Of a stretch of DNA of 64,000 nt, positions 41,933-53,544 are shown one piece after another. Each line of letters begins with the position of its first letter. The first letter of the stretch is position 1. Under the pieces are notes generated by a model. That model was not told where the DNA came from and did not search any database. It worked only from the letters and a program-made list of their open reading frames with translations. The DNA lies in sequence record PP400782, one strand, 5' to 3'. This DNA comes from Escherichia phage FL31. A program made the position numbers and the translations under genes.

Positions 41933-42420
41933 GTTTGAATAATCTCAATGATTTCGTCTCGGGATAATCCATTGATAAGAACTGTTTTAGGCCCGTCAGT
42001 TTGGATTTTGTATGATTCAAACAATACACACAACTCTTCTGCTGTATGATATGGGCTTGAGATTCCGAGACGGTTGAATTTGTCGGTAAGAGGGTCGCAA
42101 ATGATGTAGAATTTGATACCTGCGATATGTACGTTTGGTTGACTAATATTAATGAACACATTAGCGTCATATTTAGTCAAATTGTTTTGAAGAAATTCTA
42201 CCATAGCATTAACTGCTTCCGGCATCGCTTCGCGTTTCTCTTCAGCGTATCGGGTGGAATACTCTTTTTGTTTTACTTTCTTTTTAAGATTTTTGGCCAG
42301 TGTAACACGTAGGTCAGTAAGATAACCAACTGGACGTCCTTTCTTAAAGACCCGGATTCCGTCAGTTGTGTCTCCAAAAGCGGTTACGACCATATCGTTA
42401 GTAATCAATTGCATATTCAT
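41920..42420 (-). CDS. alc: Alc-like host transcription inhibitor
   Basis: 166 aa from the internal ATG (T4 Alc 167 aa). The track start at 42483 would put the early promoter at 42451-42480 inside the ORF; the chosen ATG has a GAGGAG SD. Identity by position and size. Confidence 0.6.
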   Translation of the reverse strand: MNMQLITNDMVVTAFGDTTDGIRVFKKGRPVGYLTDLRVTLAKNLKKKVKQKEYSTRYAEEKREAMPEAVNAMVEFLQNNLTKYDANVFINISQPNVHIAGIKFYIICDPLTDKFNRLGISSPYHTAEELCVLFESYKIQTDGPKTVLINGLSRDEIIEIIQTCLK

Positions 42421-42450
42421 AATTTTCTCCTCGTATTGTTGATAAAAGCC

Positions 42451-42480
42451 ATAGTAACACCTTCCTTGGTGTTTGTAAAC
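42451..42480 (-). promoter_or_regulatory. early promoter for alc
   Basis: Minus strand GTTTAC, 18-nt spacer, GGTGT-TACTAT; lies inside the 5' extension of the track ORF, supporting the internal ATG at 42420. Confidence 0.6.
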
Positions 42481-42482
42481 CA

Positions 42483-43616
<1,134 letters not shown>

Positions 43617-43632
43617 TCAGTTAGTTTTTTAA

Positions 43633-43662
43633 ATTGTACCACAATCCTTGTGGTATGTAAAC
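43633..43662 (-). promoter_or_regulatory. early promoter for rnlA
   Basis: Minus strand GTTTAC, 18-nt spacer, TGTGG-TACAAT; the -35 overlaps the denA stop. Confidence 0.6.
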
Positions 43663-44072
43663 TACTTTTTCTTATGTTGGATATTCCAAGGCGGGTTGAA
43701 CTTTTTGATAAAAAGCGGTTCTTCAAGGTCCATTGTTGCGATGGTCATTGAACCAAGTTCGTTGGTGACTGAAAGGTCAAAACATTGGCGGGCCCAGAAT
43801 TCAACCTTTTTGCCTTGCATTAAGGCATCCAAAATCATAAGTGATTTTCTTGAATCTGAAGTCTGGTCTTTTCGATTTATGGCTGTTCGATAATAGTTAA
43901 TGCGTTTCTTTAAATTCTTGGTTTTACCAATATACACAAGTTCGTCATCTATAGCAATAGCATATATGACATTTTTCTTATTAGGGACATCAACTGTTTT
44001 AATTGTTGCATCTTCTAATAGCTCCAATTCTGTATATTTAATAAAGGAATATTCGGCGGCGATATCTTTCAT
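43662..44072 (-). CDS. denA: endonuclease II (GIY-YIG)
   Basis: 136 aa, the same as T4 EndoII; GIY-YIG block VIYAIAIDDELVYIGKT. Confidence 0.85.
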   Translation of the reverse strand: MKDIAAEYSFIKYTELELLEDATIKTVDVPNKKNVIYAIAIDDELVYIGKTKNLKKRINYYRTAINRKDQTSDSRKSLMILDALMQGKKVEFWARQCFDLSVTNELGSMTIATMDLEEPLFIKKFNPPWNIQHKKK

Positions 44073-44080
44073 AATAAAGT

Positions 44081-44094
44081 GGGACCGAAGTCCC
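44081..44094 (-). other. C(UUCG)G hairpin between nrdB and denA
   Basis: Minus-strand GGGAC-UUCG-GUCCC 5 nt after the nrdB stop and 8 nt before the denA ATG. Confidence 0.5.
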
Positions 44095-44098
44095 GTCC

Positions 44099-44601
44099 TT
44101 AGAAATATTTTTTGTATGAATTGATTACATTTTGGTCTACATCATTATCAATTTGTGCGACAAGATAAGAACTGATTTCAACTTCCTGAGGAGCTGCTTG
44201 AACTAAATCAGAGTTCAGATATTCACGAATCCAAGGATACGGATGCTTGGTCGGAGCATCAGTAATTGGACATGGCAAACCACACTGTTTCATACGAGAC
44301 ACAGTCAAGTAATCAACAAAAGCACACATACTCTGCGTATTGATACCTGGACATGTACCATCTTTAAAGAGGTGTGCAGCCCATTCCTTCTCTTGACTAT
44401 TTACTTCCATAAAAATGTCAACTGCTTCTTGTTCACATTCTTTAGCAATTTGAACCCACTCATCACCGTCAGTACCAGATTGAAGTTGACGGATAATGTA
44501 CTGAGTACCCTTGAGATGGAGTTGTTCGTCACGAGCAATGAACTTCATAATCTTTGCATTACCTTCCATAATTTCCATGTTCTTATGGAAGTTAAAGGTA
44601 C
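44099..44601 (-). CDS. nrdB: ribonucleotide reductase small subunit NrdB, exon 2
   Basis: Encodes ...MEGNAKIMKFIARDEQLHL... (diiron ligands E..H) through the C-terminus. The 5' boundary is inferred so that the splice restores conserved FAC-TFNF and gives 393 codons in frame. Confidence 0.75.
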
Positions 44602-44737
44602 CGTTATGTTCGATTGAGCTCGCTAATTCTCAACCCGTTCTCTTATGAACTGCTACATATTACTATGCAGACCAGACTATATCACAATCCCAGAGGGATT
44701 CTCCCCATTTCGAGTCGCTTGACCCTACGTCCGAAGA

Positions 44738-45547
44738 CTAGTCGTTGAACCTTGCTTTGCAATTGTCGCCGTGCCATCGTTTATATGTTGATGGTGATAA
44801 ATCTTTCTTATCACAATATGGACAATTCAATTGAATTCTATTTGGATTTAATTTACATCTATCATTATGTTTTAGATAAAATCCAGGACCTTTACCAATG
44901 TGACCGCAGAAATCACATGTGATTTCTTTTTGTGCAGGATGGGTTCCGTTCTTAACCATTTCTAATGTTTTTGCTGATGTTCTTTTCTTATGGTCTTCTG
45001 ACAAGAAATGATGTGAACCGTCATTTACCCGTTTTGATTGAGTTTCTGACTGCATTTTACCACCGCAAAATACATGAGTACCTTCTTTTATAGCTGCAAT
45101 ATTGCGTTCTTTAACTTTTGCAATATGCTCAGCTTGTTGAAAATTATGTATACCTAATGCAACTCTATTTAAATTAGATTTACGCTGTATTTCACCGTCT
45201 AAAAGATGAAATGTACCATTTTCTATCTTAGATTTAATAGAGGCAATATTTTTAGCTCGTACTTCAGGGATATTAAAAATCTGGATTTCTCTAGATTTTG
45301 CGGCTTTAGAAGCTAATTCAGAAATTTCTTCAGGAGAATATTTCATTCTAAGCTTTATAGCGTGACAAGCCTGGTAATCTTTTTGAGCTAAATGTATATC
45401 ATAATGTTCCTGTATAGAAAGGCACATCAAATTATCTAAATCATTATTTTCACGGTTACCGTCTTTATGATGGATTTCGTATGTTCTTCCATCAGAATCT
45501 TTAGGTATAGGTCCGTTAGCATCTATCCAAATTTTTCTATAGTTCAA
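44738..45547 (-). CDS. intron-encoded HNH homing endonuclease (I-TevIII-like), intact
   Basis: 269 aa; HNH motif EIHHKDGNRENNDLDNLMCLSIQEHYDIH; C-terminal Cys clusters (CDFCGH...CPYC...C) suggesting zinc fingers; apparent TTG start with AAGAGGA SD; TATAAATA 28 nt upstream. Confidence 0.75.
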   Translation of the reverse strand: MNYRKIWIDANGPIPKDSDGRTYEIHHKDGNRENNDLDNLMCLSIQEHYDIHLAQKDYQACHAIKLRMKYSPEEISELASKAAKSREIQIFNIPEVRAKNIASIKSKIENGTFHLLDGEIQRKSNLNRVALGIHNFQQAEHIAKVKERNIAAIKEGTHVFCGGKMQSETQSKRVNDGSHHFLSEDHKKRTSAKTLEMVKNGTHPAQKEITCDFCGHIGKGPGFYLKHNDRCKLNPNRIQLNCPYCDKKDLSPSTYKRWHGDNCKARFND

Positions 45548-45574
45548 TTGTGCATCCTCTTAAAAGTATAATCA

Positions 45575-45582
45575 TATTTATA
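45575..45582 (-). promoter_or_regulatory. late promoter inside the nrdB intron driving the homing endonuclease ORF
   Basis: Minus-strand TATAAATA 28 nt upstream of the endonuclease start. Confidence 0.55.
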
Positions 45583-45692
45583 TTATACTAATTAAAGGTG
45601 CAAGCAAAACCTTGGCTGCTAGTTTTCCTATAAAGGACTTTCCAGCAATTAAAGGAGTTTTCGATAAACGTTACCGTTTAAAGGCGCATTTT

Positions 45693-46368
45693 ACGCAAAA
45701 GATACATAAAAACGAATAGCTTCTAAGGCATTAATAACGTGTAAACAGAGGTAAAGAGATTTCATTAAAGCACGTTTAGCTTCGGCTTCTTGTTTAATAG
45801 CTCGGTTTAAACGAAAATCAGCATCAGGAGATTCTTTAGCTAGTTCTACAAATTCTTTAGCATTTTCCCAATAACGAGTTTTAACCAGAACATCATCGTA
45901 ATATTTACCTATTGATTCAGCTCGTTTCATGATTGCTTCGTCTAATACAATCTCATCAAATACCTTAGATGGATCGGTATAAAGATTTCGCATAATATGA
46001 GTGTACGAACGAGAGTGAATAGTTTCACTGAATGTCCATGTTGCAACCCACGTATCTAATGAAGGGTCGGAAATCAGTGCCATAAGTACCGCAGATGGGG
46101 CCCTGCCTTGGATAGAATCTAATAATGATTGATACTTAAGATTGTTTGTAAAGATGTCCTGTTGGAACTGAGGAAGCTTATTGAACTGCGCAGAGTCCAA
46201 CATCAAGTTTACCTCTTCTGGGCGCCAGAAAAACGACAATTGCTTTTCAATAAGTTCTTCAAAAACTTTATGTCGCTGAATATCATAACGTGCGAGGCCA
46301 AGACCAGAACCAAAGAACATTGGTTCATTCAAAACATCGACTTGTTGTGTGTTAAAAACTGTACTCAT
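45693..46368 (-). CDS. nrdB: ribonucleotide reductase small subunit NrdB, exon 1
   Basis: Starts MSTVFNTQQVDVLNEP... at the first ATG (the track start 46380 is GTG); R2 fold motifs; ends at the inferred 5' splice site. Confidence 0.75.
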
Positions 46369-46406
46369 TATATTTCTCACTTAGTTATTAACTCATCCAT
46401 GAGTAA

Positions 46407-46430
46407 ATTATAATCAAAAGTCTTAAAGCT
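46407..46430 (-). promoter_or_regulatory. candidate middle promoter for nrdB
   Basis: Minus strand reads AGCTTTA, 11-nt spacer, TATAAT, overlapping the nrdA stop region. Confidence 0.3.
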
Positions 46431-48705
46431 TACAAGCAGAACAATCTTCAGCTTTAGGTGTTTCTAATTCATAGTCATCTGTACCTGACCCATCACGGGT
46501 GTTATGATAGTAGAGGTTTTTTCCGCCAAAGTACCAGAAGTAAAGCAGATCGTCAAGCATTACTGACATTGGCACTTTACCTTTCTCAAATACTGCAGGG
46601 TCATAGTAAGTATTAGCAGAAGCAGATTGGCACACCCATTTCAACATGATAGCAACTTGGGTCAAATAAGGTTTATTACCTTTCTTAGCAAGTTTCCACG
46701 CGTAGTCGTAAAGACTCATGTTATGTTCTATATTAGGAACAACCTGTCGGAAGTTGCCTTCTTTAGATTCTTTAATACTTACTGGACCACGTGGGGGCTC
46801 AATCCCGTTTGTAGAGTTCGATACTTGACTGCTTGACTCACAAGGCATGAGTGCAGACAACGTTGAGTTACGAATTCCATGTTCTTTGAGTTCAGCTCGA
46901 AGTTCTTCCCAGTCACAGACATAGTTCGGGGCTGCGATTTGGTCAATCTTTTTATTGTACCAGTCGATAGGTAATTCGCCTCTAGACCATTTAGTGTCTG
47001 AATAATACTCACAAGGTCCTTTTTCTTTGGCGAGTTTGATTGATGCTTTGATAAGGCCATATTGCAATCTCTCGAACAATTCATGGGTCAAATCGTTAGC
47101 GTCTTCATATGAAGCAAAGTTAGAAGCTAACCATGCAGCATAGTTCGTCACACCAACACCAAGATTACGACGCTTTTTAGCTTTTAAAGCTTCTGGAACC
47201 GGATAATCTTGATAGTCTAACAGGTTATCAAGTGCACGTACTTGTACTTCAGCAAGTTCATTAATTTTATCTTGGTCTTGCCAATCAAATTTATCTAATA
47301 CAAAAGCAGATAATGTGCATAAACCAATTTCAGCATCAGGACCATTCACATCATTAGTTGGAATAGCGATTTCACAACATAAGTTACTCTGACGAATTGG
47401 AGCTTTTTCACGAATAAACGGAGTGTAGTTATTCGTGTTATCAACAAACTGTGGATAAATTCGAGCAGTGCCAGAACGTTCAGTCATGAACAATTCAAAG
47501 AGTTCTAGTGCTTTGATTCTTTTCTTTCTGATTGTTGGGTCTTTTTCAGCTTTCTCATAAAGCTCACGGAATTTATCTTGATCTTCAAAGAACGAGTAGT
47601 ATAGTTCGCCTGACATTTCGTGAGGGCTAAATAAAGTAATATAATCATTTTTACCAAGGCGTTCCATCATAAGGTCATTAATCTGAATTCCGTAGTCCAT
47701 ATGTCGAATACGGTTTTCATCCACGCCTTTGTTATTTTTCAGAACTAATAGGTTCTCTACTTCTAAGTGCCACATCGGATAATACGCTGTAGCAGCACCA
47801 CCACGAATACCGCCTTGAGAACAAGATTTTACTGCAGTTTGGAAATGTTTCCAGAATGGAATAACACCTGTATGTCGAACTTCACCCATACCGATCTTAG
47901 AACCTTCTGCACGAAGCATACCAACGTTGATACCAATACCAGCTCGTTTAGAAATATATTCAATAATTGATGCTGAAGTTTTGTTAATAGATTTTAACGA
48001 ATCACCGGCTTCAATAACTACACAACTAGAGAACTGGCGAGTCGGAGTACGAGCACCTGCCATAATTGGAGTTGGCAATGAAACTTGATGAGTAGAAACG
48101 GCATCATAAAAACGAATAATATGTTTCAAACGGTCATGAGTTTCGTCTTGGTGTAAGGCCATACCAATAGCCATGATAGCAAACTGCGGAGTTTCATAAA
48201 TCTTACCAGTTGTTTTATCTTTAACCAGGTATTTTTCTTTAAGCTGCATAGCACCAGCATAAGTCAGGTCAAAGTCTCGTTCATGTTTAATCTGTGAATC
48301 GAGATAAATGATTTCTTCTGCTGAATATTGAGACAACAGCTCAGGGTCATATTTGCCTTCATTAACACAGTAAGAAATATGGTCGATAAAAGCAGGTGGT
48401 TCAAACTGCTCATATACATCTTTACGAAGTGCAAACATTAGACCTTTGGCGGCGACATACTGATAATCAGGTTCTTCGACAGAAATCGAGTTAGCTGCAA
48501 CTTTAATACAAATCTTCTGAATATCTTTGGTGCTCATCCCATCAACCAGATGAGTCTTAATTTCTTCATACAATTCGTATGGGTCAATTTGTGTTCCTTC
48601 ACATTGCCAAGTTAAGACTTGAATAATTTTCTGTGCATCAAAATTTTGTGATACACCACTGCTCTTAGTTACTTGCATATATTCCTCGGATAGATTGATA
48701 GACAT
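46423..48705 (-). CDS. nrdA: ribonucleotide reductase large subunit NrdA
   Basis: 760 aa; active site SNLCCEIAIPT; C-terminal redox pair CSACKL; long collinear match to recalled E. coli NrdA. Confidence 0.95.
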   Translation of the reverse strand: MSINLSEEYMQVTKSSGVSQNFDAQKIIQVLTWQCEGTQIDPYELYEEIKTHLVDGMSTKDIQKICIKVAANSISVEEPDYQYVAAKGLMFALRKDVYEQFEPPAFIDHISYCVNEGKYDPELLSQYSAEEIIYLDSQIKHERDFDLTYAGAMQLKEKYLVKDKTTGKIYETPQFAIMAIGMALHQDETHDRLKHIIRFYDAVSTHQVSLPTPIMAGARTPTRQFSSCVVIEAGDSLKSINKTSASIIEYISKRAGIGINVGMLRAEGSKIGMGEVRHTGVIPFWKHFQTAVKSCSQGGIRGGAATAYYPMWHLEVENLLVLKNNKGVDENRIRHMDYGIQINDLMMERLGKNDYITLFSPHEMSGELYYSFFEDQDKFRELYEKAEKDPTIRKKRIKALELFELFMTERSGTARIYPQFVDNTNNYTPFIREKAPIRQSNLCCEIAIPTNDVNGPDAEIGLCTLSAFVLDKFDWQDQDKINELAEVQVRALDNLLDYQDYPVPEALKAKKRRNLGVGVTNYAAWLASNFASYEDANDLTHELFERLQYGLIKASIKLAKEKGPCEYYSDTKWSRGELPIDWYNKKIDQIAAPNYVCDWEELRAELKEHGIRNSTLSALMPCESSSQVSNSTNGIEPPRGPVSIKESKEGNFRQVVPNIEHNMSLYDYAWKLAKKGNKPYLTQVAIMLKWVCQSASANTYYDPAVFEKGKVPMSVMLDDLLYFWYFGGKNLYYHNTRDGSGTDDYELETPKAEDCSACKL

Positions 48706-48712
48706 TACTCCA

Positions 48713-48735
48713 AACGGGATAGTATTTATCCCGTT
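48713..48735 (-). other. stable hairpin in the nrdA 5' leader, abutting the SD
   Basis: Perfect 9-bp stem AACGGGAUA/UAUCCCGUU with a 5-nt loop, ending 3 nt before GGAG and 11 nt before the AUG. Confidence 0.5.
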
Positions 48736-48740
48736 AATTT

Positions 48741-48764
48741 ATTATACACTTTTAAACTGAAGCG
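48741..48764 (-). promoter_or_regulatory. candidate middle promoter for nrdA
   Basis: Minus strand reads CGCTTCA (one mismatch to the MotA box), 11-nt spacer, TATAAT. Confidence 0.3.
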
Positions 48765-49019
48765 TTAATTATTCTTAGCAATAATTTCTTTGTATTCTTT
48801 AGGAGTCAAGACCGTAATATCGAAATAAACCAATGGTTCTTTTTCCATACCGTAACCACCACAAAATTCGCGATATTCATAAATTCGTTCGTGTGAATGG
48901 CAAATGAATCGTTCACCTTTAACTGTGATTTCACTATTTGGTGAAGGGATATCCAGTTCACTTGGATTTTTCATTTCAAAAATTGTGGTGCCATATGAAT
49001 TAATAAAACGTAAAATCAT
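48765..49019 (-). CDS. hypothetical protein (84 aa) between td and nrdA
   Basis: ATG start 2 nt downstream of the td stop. Confidence 0.45.
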   Translation of the reverse strand: MILRFINSYGTTIFEMKNPSELDIPSPNSEITVKGERFICHSHERIYEYREFCGGYGMEKEPLVYFDITVLTPKEYKEIIAKNN

Positions 49020-49020
49020 T

Positions 49021-50716
<1,696 letters not shown>

Positions 50717-50778
50717 TTTATTCTCCTTCACTTTTGATTTGATAGGGCTACTATAACATAACCCTATCTGATTATACA

Positions 50779-51171
50779 CTACTTTTTAAAAGTTTTTTGC
50801 AAAAGTTTGATGATTTCGTCGACGTTGGTTTCATCTACGATACAATGGATTTTTGTTACACCTAAAGTTATACCTTCGTTAGTAGGTTGAGGCTTTACTA
50901 AATCTACCTCAGTAAAGTATTTGAACTCGTCATGATAAATCTCAAAATAAGTTTCAATTTCACCACCGGCAGAACATACCGTACCGTCTTCCATAGTTAC
51001 ACTTACTACGTTTGACGTATCGCTATCATAATCAGGTTCCATTCCGTTTACAACAAAACTAGGCCCGTGGAGTTCAATCAATTTTAACATCTTAGCGTTA
51101 TTGTGTGGTGCTTCTTGAACAAAGTCGTCTTTAAATAAAGGGTTAATGATATAAGATTTTCCGATTTTCAT
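50779..51171 (-). CDS. hypothetical protein (130 aa; frd.2 position)
   Basis: ATG start; early promoter at 51201-51229 upstream. Confidence 0.5.
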   Translation of the reverse strand: MKIGKSYIINPLFKDDFVQEAPHNNAKMLKLIELHGPSFVVNGMEPDYDSDTSNVVSVTMEDGTVCSAGGEIETYFEIYHDEFKYFTEVDLVKPQPTNEGITLGVTKIHCIVDETNVDEIIKLLQKTFKK

Positions 51172-51200
51172 TTTGATTTCCTCATGTTGTTGATAGGTCT

Positions 51201-51229
51201 ATACTAACACATCCAGGTAAGAAGTAAAC
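51201..51229 (-). promoter_or_regulatory. early promoter for the frd.2-frd.1-frd-td unit
   Basis: Minus strand GTTTAC, 17-nt spacer, TGTGT-TAGTAT-AGAC; directly 3' of the gene 32 C(UUCG)G terminator. Confidence 0.6.
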
Positions 51230-51260
51230 AACTTTTTCGGCAATTTACAGATACTCAAAA

Positions 51261-51278
51261 GGGAGACCGAAGTCTCCC
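51261..51278 (-). terminator. terminator after gene 32
   Basis: Minus-strand GGGAGAC-UUCG-GUCUCCC followed by UUUUGAG. Confidence 0.7.
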
Positions 51279-51284
51279 AATTTA

Positions 51285-52184
51285 TTATAGACCAGCTAAC
51301 AGGTCATCGAGGTCGCCATCGTCAGAAGACGAGGAACTCATGAAGTCATCTTCAGTTTTTGCAGAACCAAAGGCTTCCATGTCTTTATCAAAATCGTCAA
51401 GGTCAGAAGCAACTTTATCTGCAACAGAAGCTGCTGCGGCTGCTGCACCACCAAGAGCGGCAGTACCAAGAACTTGATTAAATTTAGTATTCAATTCTTC
51501 AAACGATTTGAACTTATCTTTAGAAGTCATTTCAGAAAGGTCAACCATTTGTTCGAACAATTCTTTCTGGAAAGATTCATCATCAATGTTTGGAATCGCA
51601 GATTGATTCAGGAATTTAGATTCGTCGTAGTTACTGAAACCAGAAACCTGTTTAACTTTCAGCACAAAGTTAGCACCTTCCCATGGGCAAGTTACATCAA
51701 CAGGAGTTTCACCCATTTCAGTATCGACTGCAATCATTGCATTGATTTTGTCCCAAATCTTTTTACCGAAACGATATTTGAATACTTTACCTTCATTATC
51801 TGGAGCTTGAGGGTCTTTAACAACCAGAATATTAGCCCAATAAGAAGTTTTACGTTTCAGTTGAGAATATTCAGTTTTGTTGGTATTGTACAGGTCATTT
51901 TTACTAATGTACTGACATACAGGACAAGAGTCATAATCGCCGTGTGTAGATGAACAGGTTTCAATATACCATTTACCATTTTTCTTGAACCCGTGGTTAA
52001 CAAGAATTGTAAACGGAAGTGCGTCATCTGTTTTTGCCGGCAGGAAACGAATTACCGCTTGACCATTACCGGATGCATCGAGTTTCAGCTTCCATTCACC
52101 TTTATCTTCTGAAGAGAAACCTTTGTTACCATTCAGTTTAGCCATCTGAGCTGCGAGGTCTGCGGTACTTTTACGTTTAAACAT
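51285..52184 (-). CDS. 32: single-stranded DNA-binding protein gp32
   Basis: 299 aa; zinc-binding H...C...CPVC block ([14 protein letters not shown]); acidic C-terminal tail; near-identical to recalled T4 gp32. Confidence 0.95.
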   Translation of the reverse strand: MFKRKSTADLAAQMAKLNGNKGFSSEDKGEWKLKLDASGNGQAVIRFLPAKTDDALPFTILVNHGFKKNGKWYIETCSSTHGDYDSCPVCQYISKNDLYNTNKTEYSQLKRKTSYWANILVVKDPQAPDNEGKVFKYRFGKKIWDKINAMIAVDTEMGETPVDVTCPWEGANFVLKVKQVSGFSNYDESKFLNQSAIPNIDDESFQKELFEQMVDLSEMTSKDKFKSFEELNTKFNQVLGTAALGGAAAAAASVADKVASDLDDFDKDMEAFGSAKTEDDFMSSSSSDDGDLDDLLAGL

Positions 52185-52254
52185 TTTATTTGCCTTTATT
52201 TAGATTATTAATTAAATTTTACAGTTGGTTGCTACGACACTTATACCTCGTAGC
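52185..52254 (-). promoter_or_regulatory. gene 32 mRNA leader: stem-loop plus AU-rich unstructured tract (candidate gp32 autoregulatory operator)
   Basis: 7-bp stem GCUACGA/UCGUAGC with a 10-nt loop (52231-52254), then AAAAUUUAAUUAAUAAUCUAAAUAAAGGCAAAUAAA-AUG with repeated UUAAA/UAAA motifs. Confidence 0.4.
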
Positions 52255-52264
52255 TGGTATGTTT

Positions 52265-52272
52265 TATTTATA
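52265..52272 (-). promoter_or_regulatory. late promoter for gene 32
   Basis: Minus-strand TATAAATA about 80 nt upstream of the gp32 ATG, upstream of the structured/AU-rich leader. Confidence 0.55.
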
Positions 52273-52301
52273 CGGTAATTCTAACACAGATAAAATAAAG
52301 C

Positions 52302-52955
52302 TTAATACTTACATGATTTGATTGTTTCTATGAACAATTTCTTAGCAGCATTTCCATCGATTTGAAGTATTTTTCGATATGCCTTTAATTTGATAGAATA
52401 ATTTTGCCAGACTAAGTTATCGGTGAGTTCGTCGTGCTTATCTATAATATTCAAAAATGAGTCCAACAATAAGAAAGTCTCAAATGAAATTATATTGCTT
52501 TGTAGCAATTTGAATATGTAGCTCGACTGAACGTTGTTATTATAATCAAATATCTCTTGAAGCGCACTAACTTCAACTTTCTTACTGAAATAGTAGATGT
52601 TACGTACGTCTTCAGCAAACGTCTCTTTAGCTTGTTTGAGACGTCCAATATATTCCCTATAGAAAACTAATGCATCAGCGTCTGATATCTCACCAATCCA
52701 TGCGTCTTGGTTAGCAACTAAGTTGCTTATGAATATCAAGGTGAGTTCCTTCAATTTATATTTCTCTGCTAGTTTTTCAAAGAAATATTTATCTCGGCGT
52801 TTTTGATACGCATTATCCGAAACACGCATGCACCAGTTATATTTGATTACGTCATACCGACCATTAAAATGTTGTTTGCACATCAAGTATAGTTTGTATA
52901 CCGATTTTCCGTTAATATAACGTTCTCCATCAGGAGGCATGCGTATTTTAATCAT
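52302..52955 (-). CDS. 59: gp59 helicase loader
   Basis: 217 aa, the same as T4 gp59; position 32-59-33. Confidence 0.85.
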   Translation of the reverse strand: MIKIRMPPDGERYINGKSVYKLYLMCKQHFNGRYDVIKYNWCMRVSDNAYQKRRDKYFFEKLAEKYKLKELTLIFISNLVANQDAWIGEISDADALVFYREYIGRLKQAKETFAEDVRNIYYFSKKVEVSALQEIFDYNNNVQSSYIFKLLQSNIISFETFLLLDSFLNIIDKHDELTDNLVWQNYSIKLKAYRKILQIDGNAAKKLFIETIKSCKY

Positions 52956-53290
52956 AATAAGAAATCTAACGTATTAGTTTTTTCACCACGAGCAACTGAC
53001 GGGCGAAGCATGTTTTCGTCAATTGCTTCGCTTGTAATTTTTTCAACAATTCCTGTAGGAATAAATTTAGCAAATTGTGTTTCCGGAATAGAATTTTCTT
53101 CCAAGAAAGCAGTTGTTGCTTCTAAATAAGACATACCAAATTGTTCAACCATAGATTCGATAATGAATCCGTTTTCTTGCCGGTCAAGCAATTTAGCGAT
53201 ATCATCTTTATCGTGTTTTACTGCTAATTCTTGTTCAGATAAACCGGCCTCATCAACCGGTTTAATATCACTTAGTGAAAACTGTGTCAT
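52952..53290 (-). CDS. 33: gp33 late-transcription co-activator
   Basis: 112 aa, the same as T4 gp33; ATGA overlap with the gene 59 start. Confidence 0.85.
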   Translation of the reverse strand: MTQFSLSDIKPVDEAGLSEQELAVKHDKDDIAKLLDRQENGFIIESMVEQFGMSYLEATTAFLEENSIPETQFAKFIPTGIVEKITSEAIDENMLRPSVARGEKTNTLDFLL

Positions 53291-53537
53291 AAAGCTCGAC
53301 TACCTCTTCGTTTTCAGCTTCAAATTGGTCACGAGCGTCTTTATGATAAAGAGCTAACAAACGATTAAACATTTTTCCATCGACACCAAGCTCTTCTTTA
53401 GCACGAGTACGAATGTCTTTAATCAGTTCATTATAACCAGAAATTTTAAGTTTGTTATCGGAAGCTTCCTTGACTAGTTTAGCCAGTTCTTCACCGTGCA
53501 CATCTTGATTAAATTCAACTGCTTCTTTCTTAGCCAT
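53268..53537 (-). CDS. dsbA: double-stranded DNA-binding protein DsbA
   Basis: 89 aa from the ATG at codon 7 (GAGGT SD), matching recalled T4 DsbA MAKKE...; the longer track ORF would overlap rnh. Confidence 0.8.
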   Translation of the reverse strand: MAKKEAVEFNQDVHGEELAKLVKEASDNKLKISGYNELIKDIRTRAKEELGVDGKMFNRLLALYHKDARDQFEAENEEVVELYDTVFTK

Positions 53538-53544
53538 GTTTACC

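Larger units (their letters stand above)
44602..45692 (-). mobile_element. group I self-splicing intron in nrdB, carrying an HNH homing-endonuclease ORF
   Basis: About 1091 nt separate two in-frame NrdB segments; the exon 1 ORF runs into a stop right after ...RFYVSFA; proposed 5' splice after U, intron ends in G; internal HNH ORF with its own late promoter. Boundaries were inferred by eye, not folded. Confidence 0.65.
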
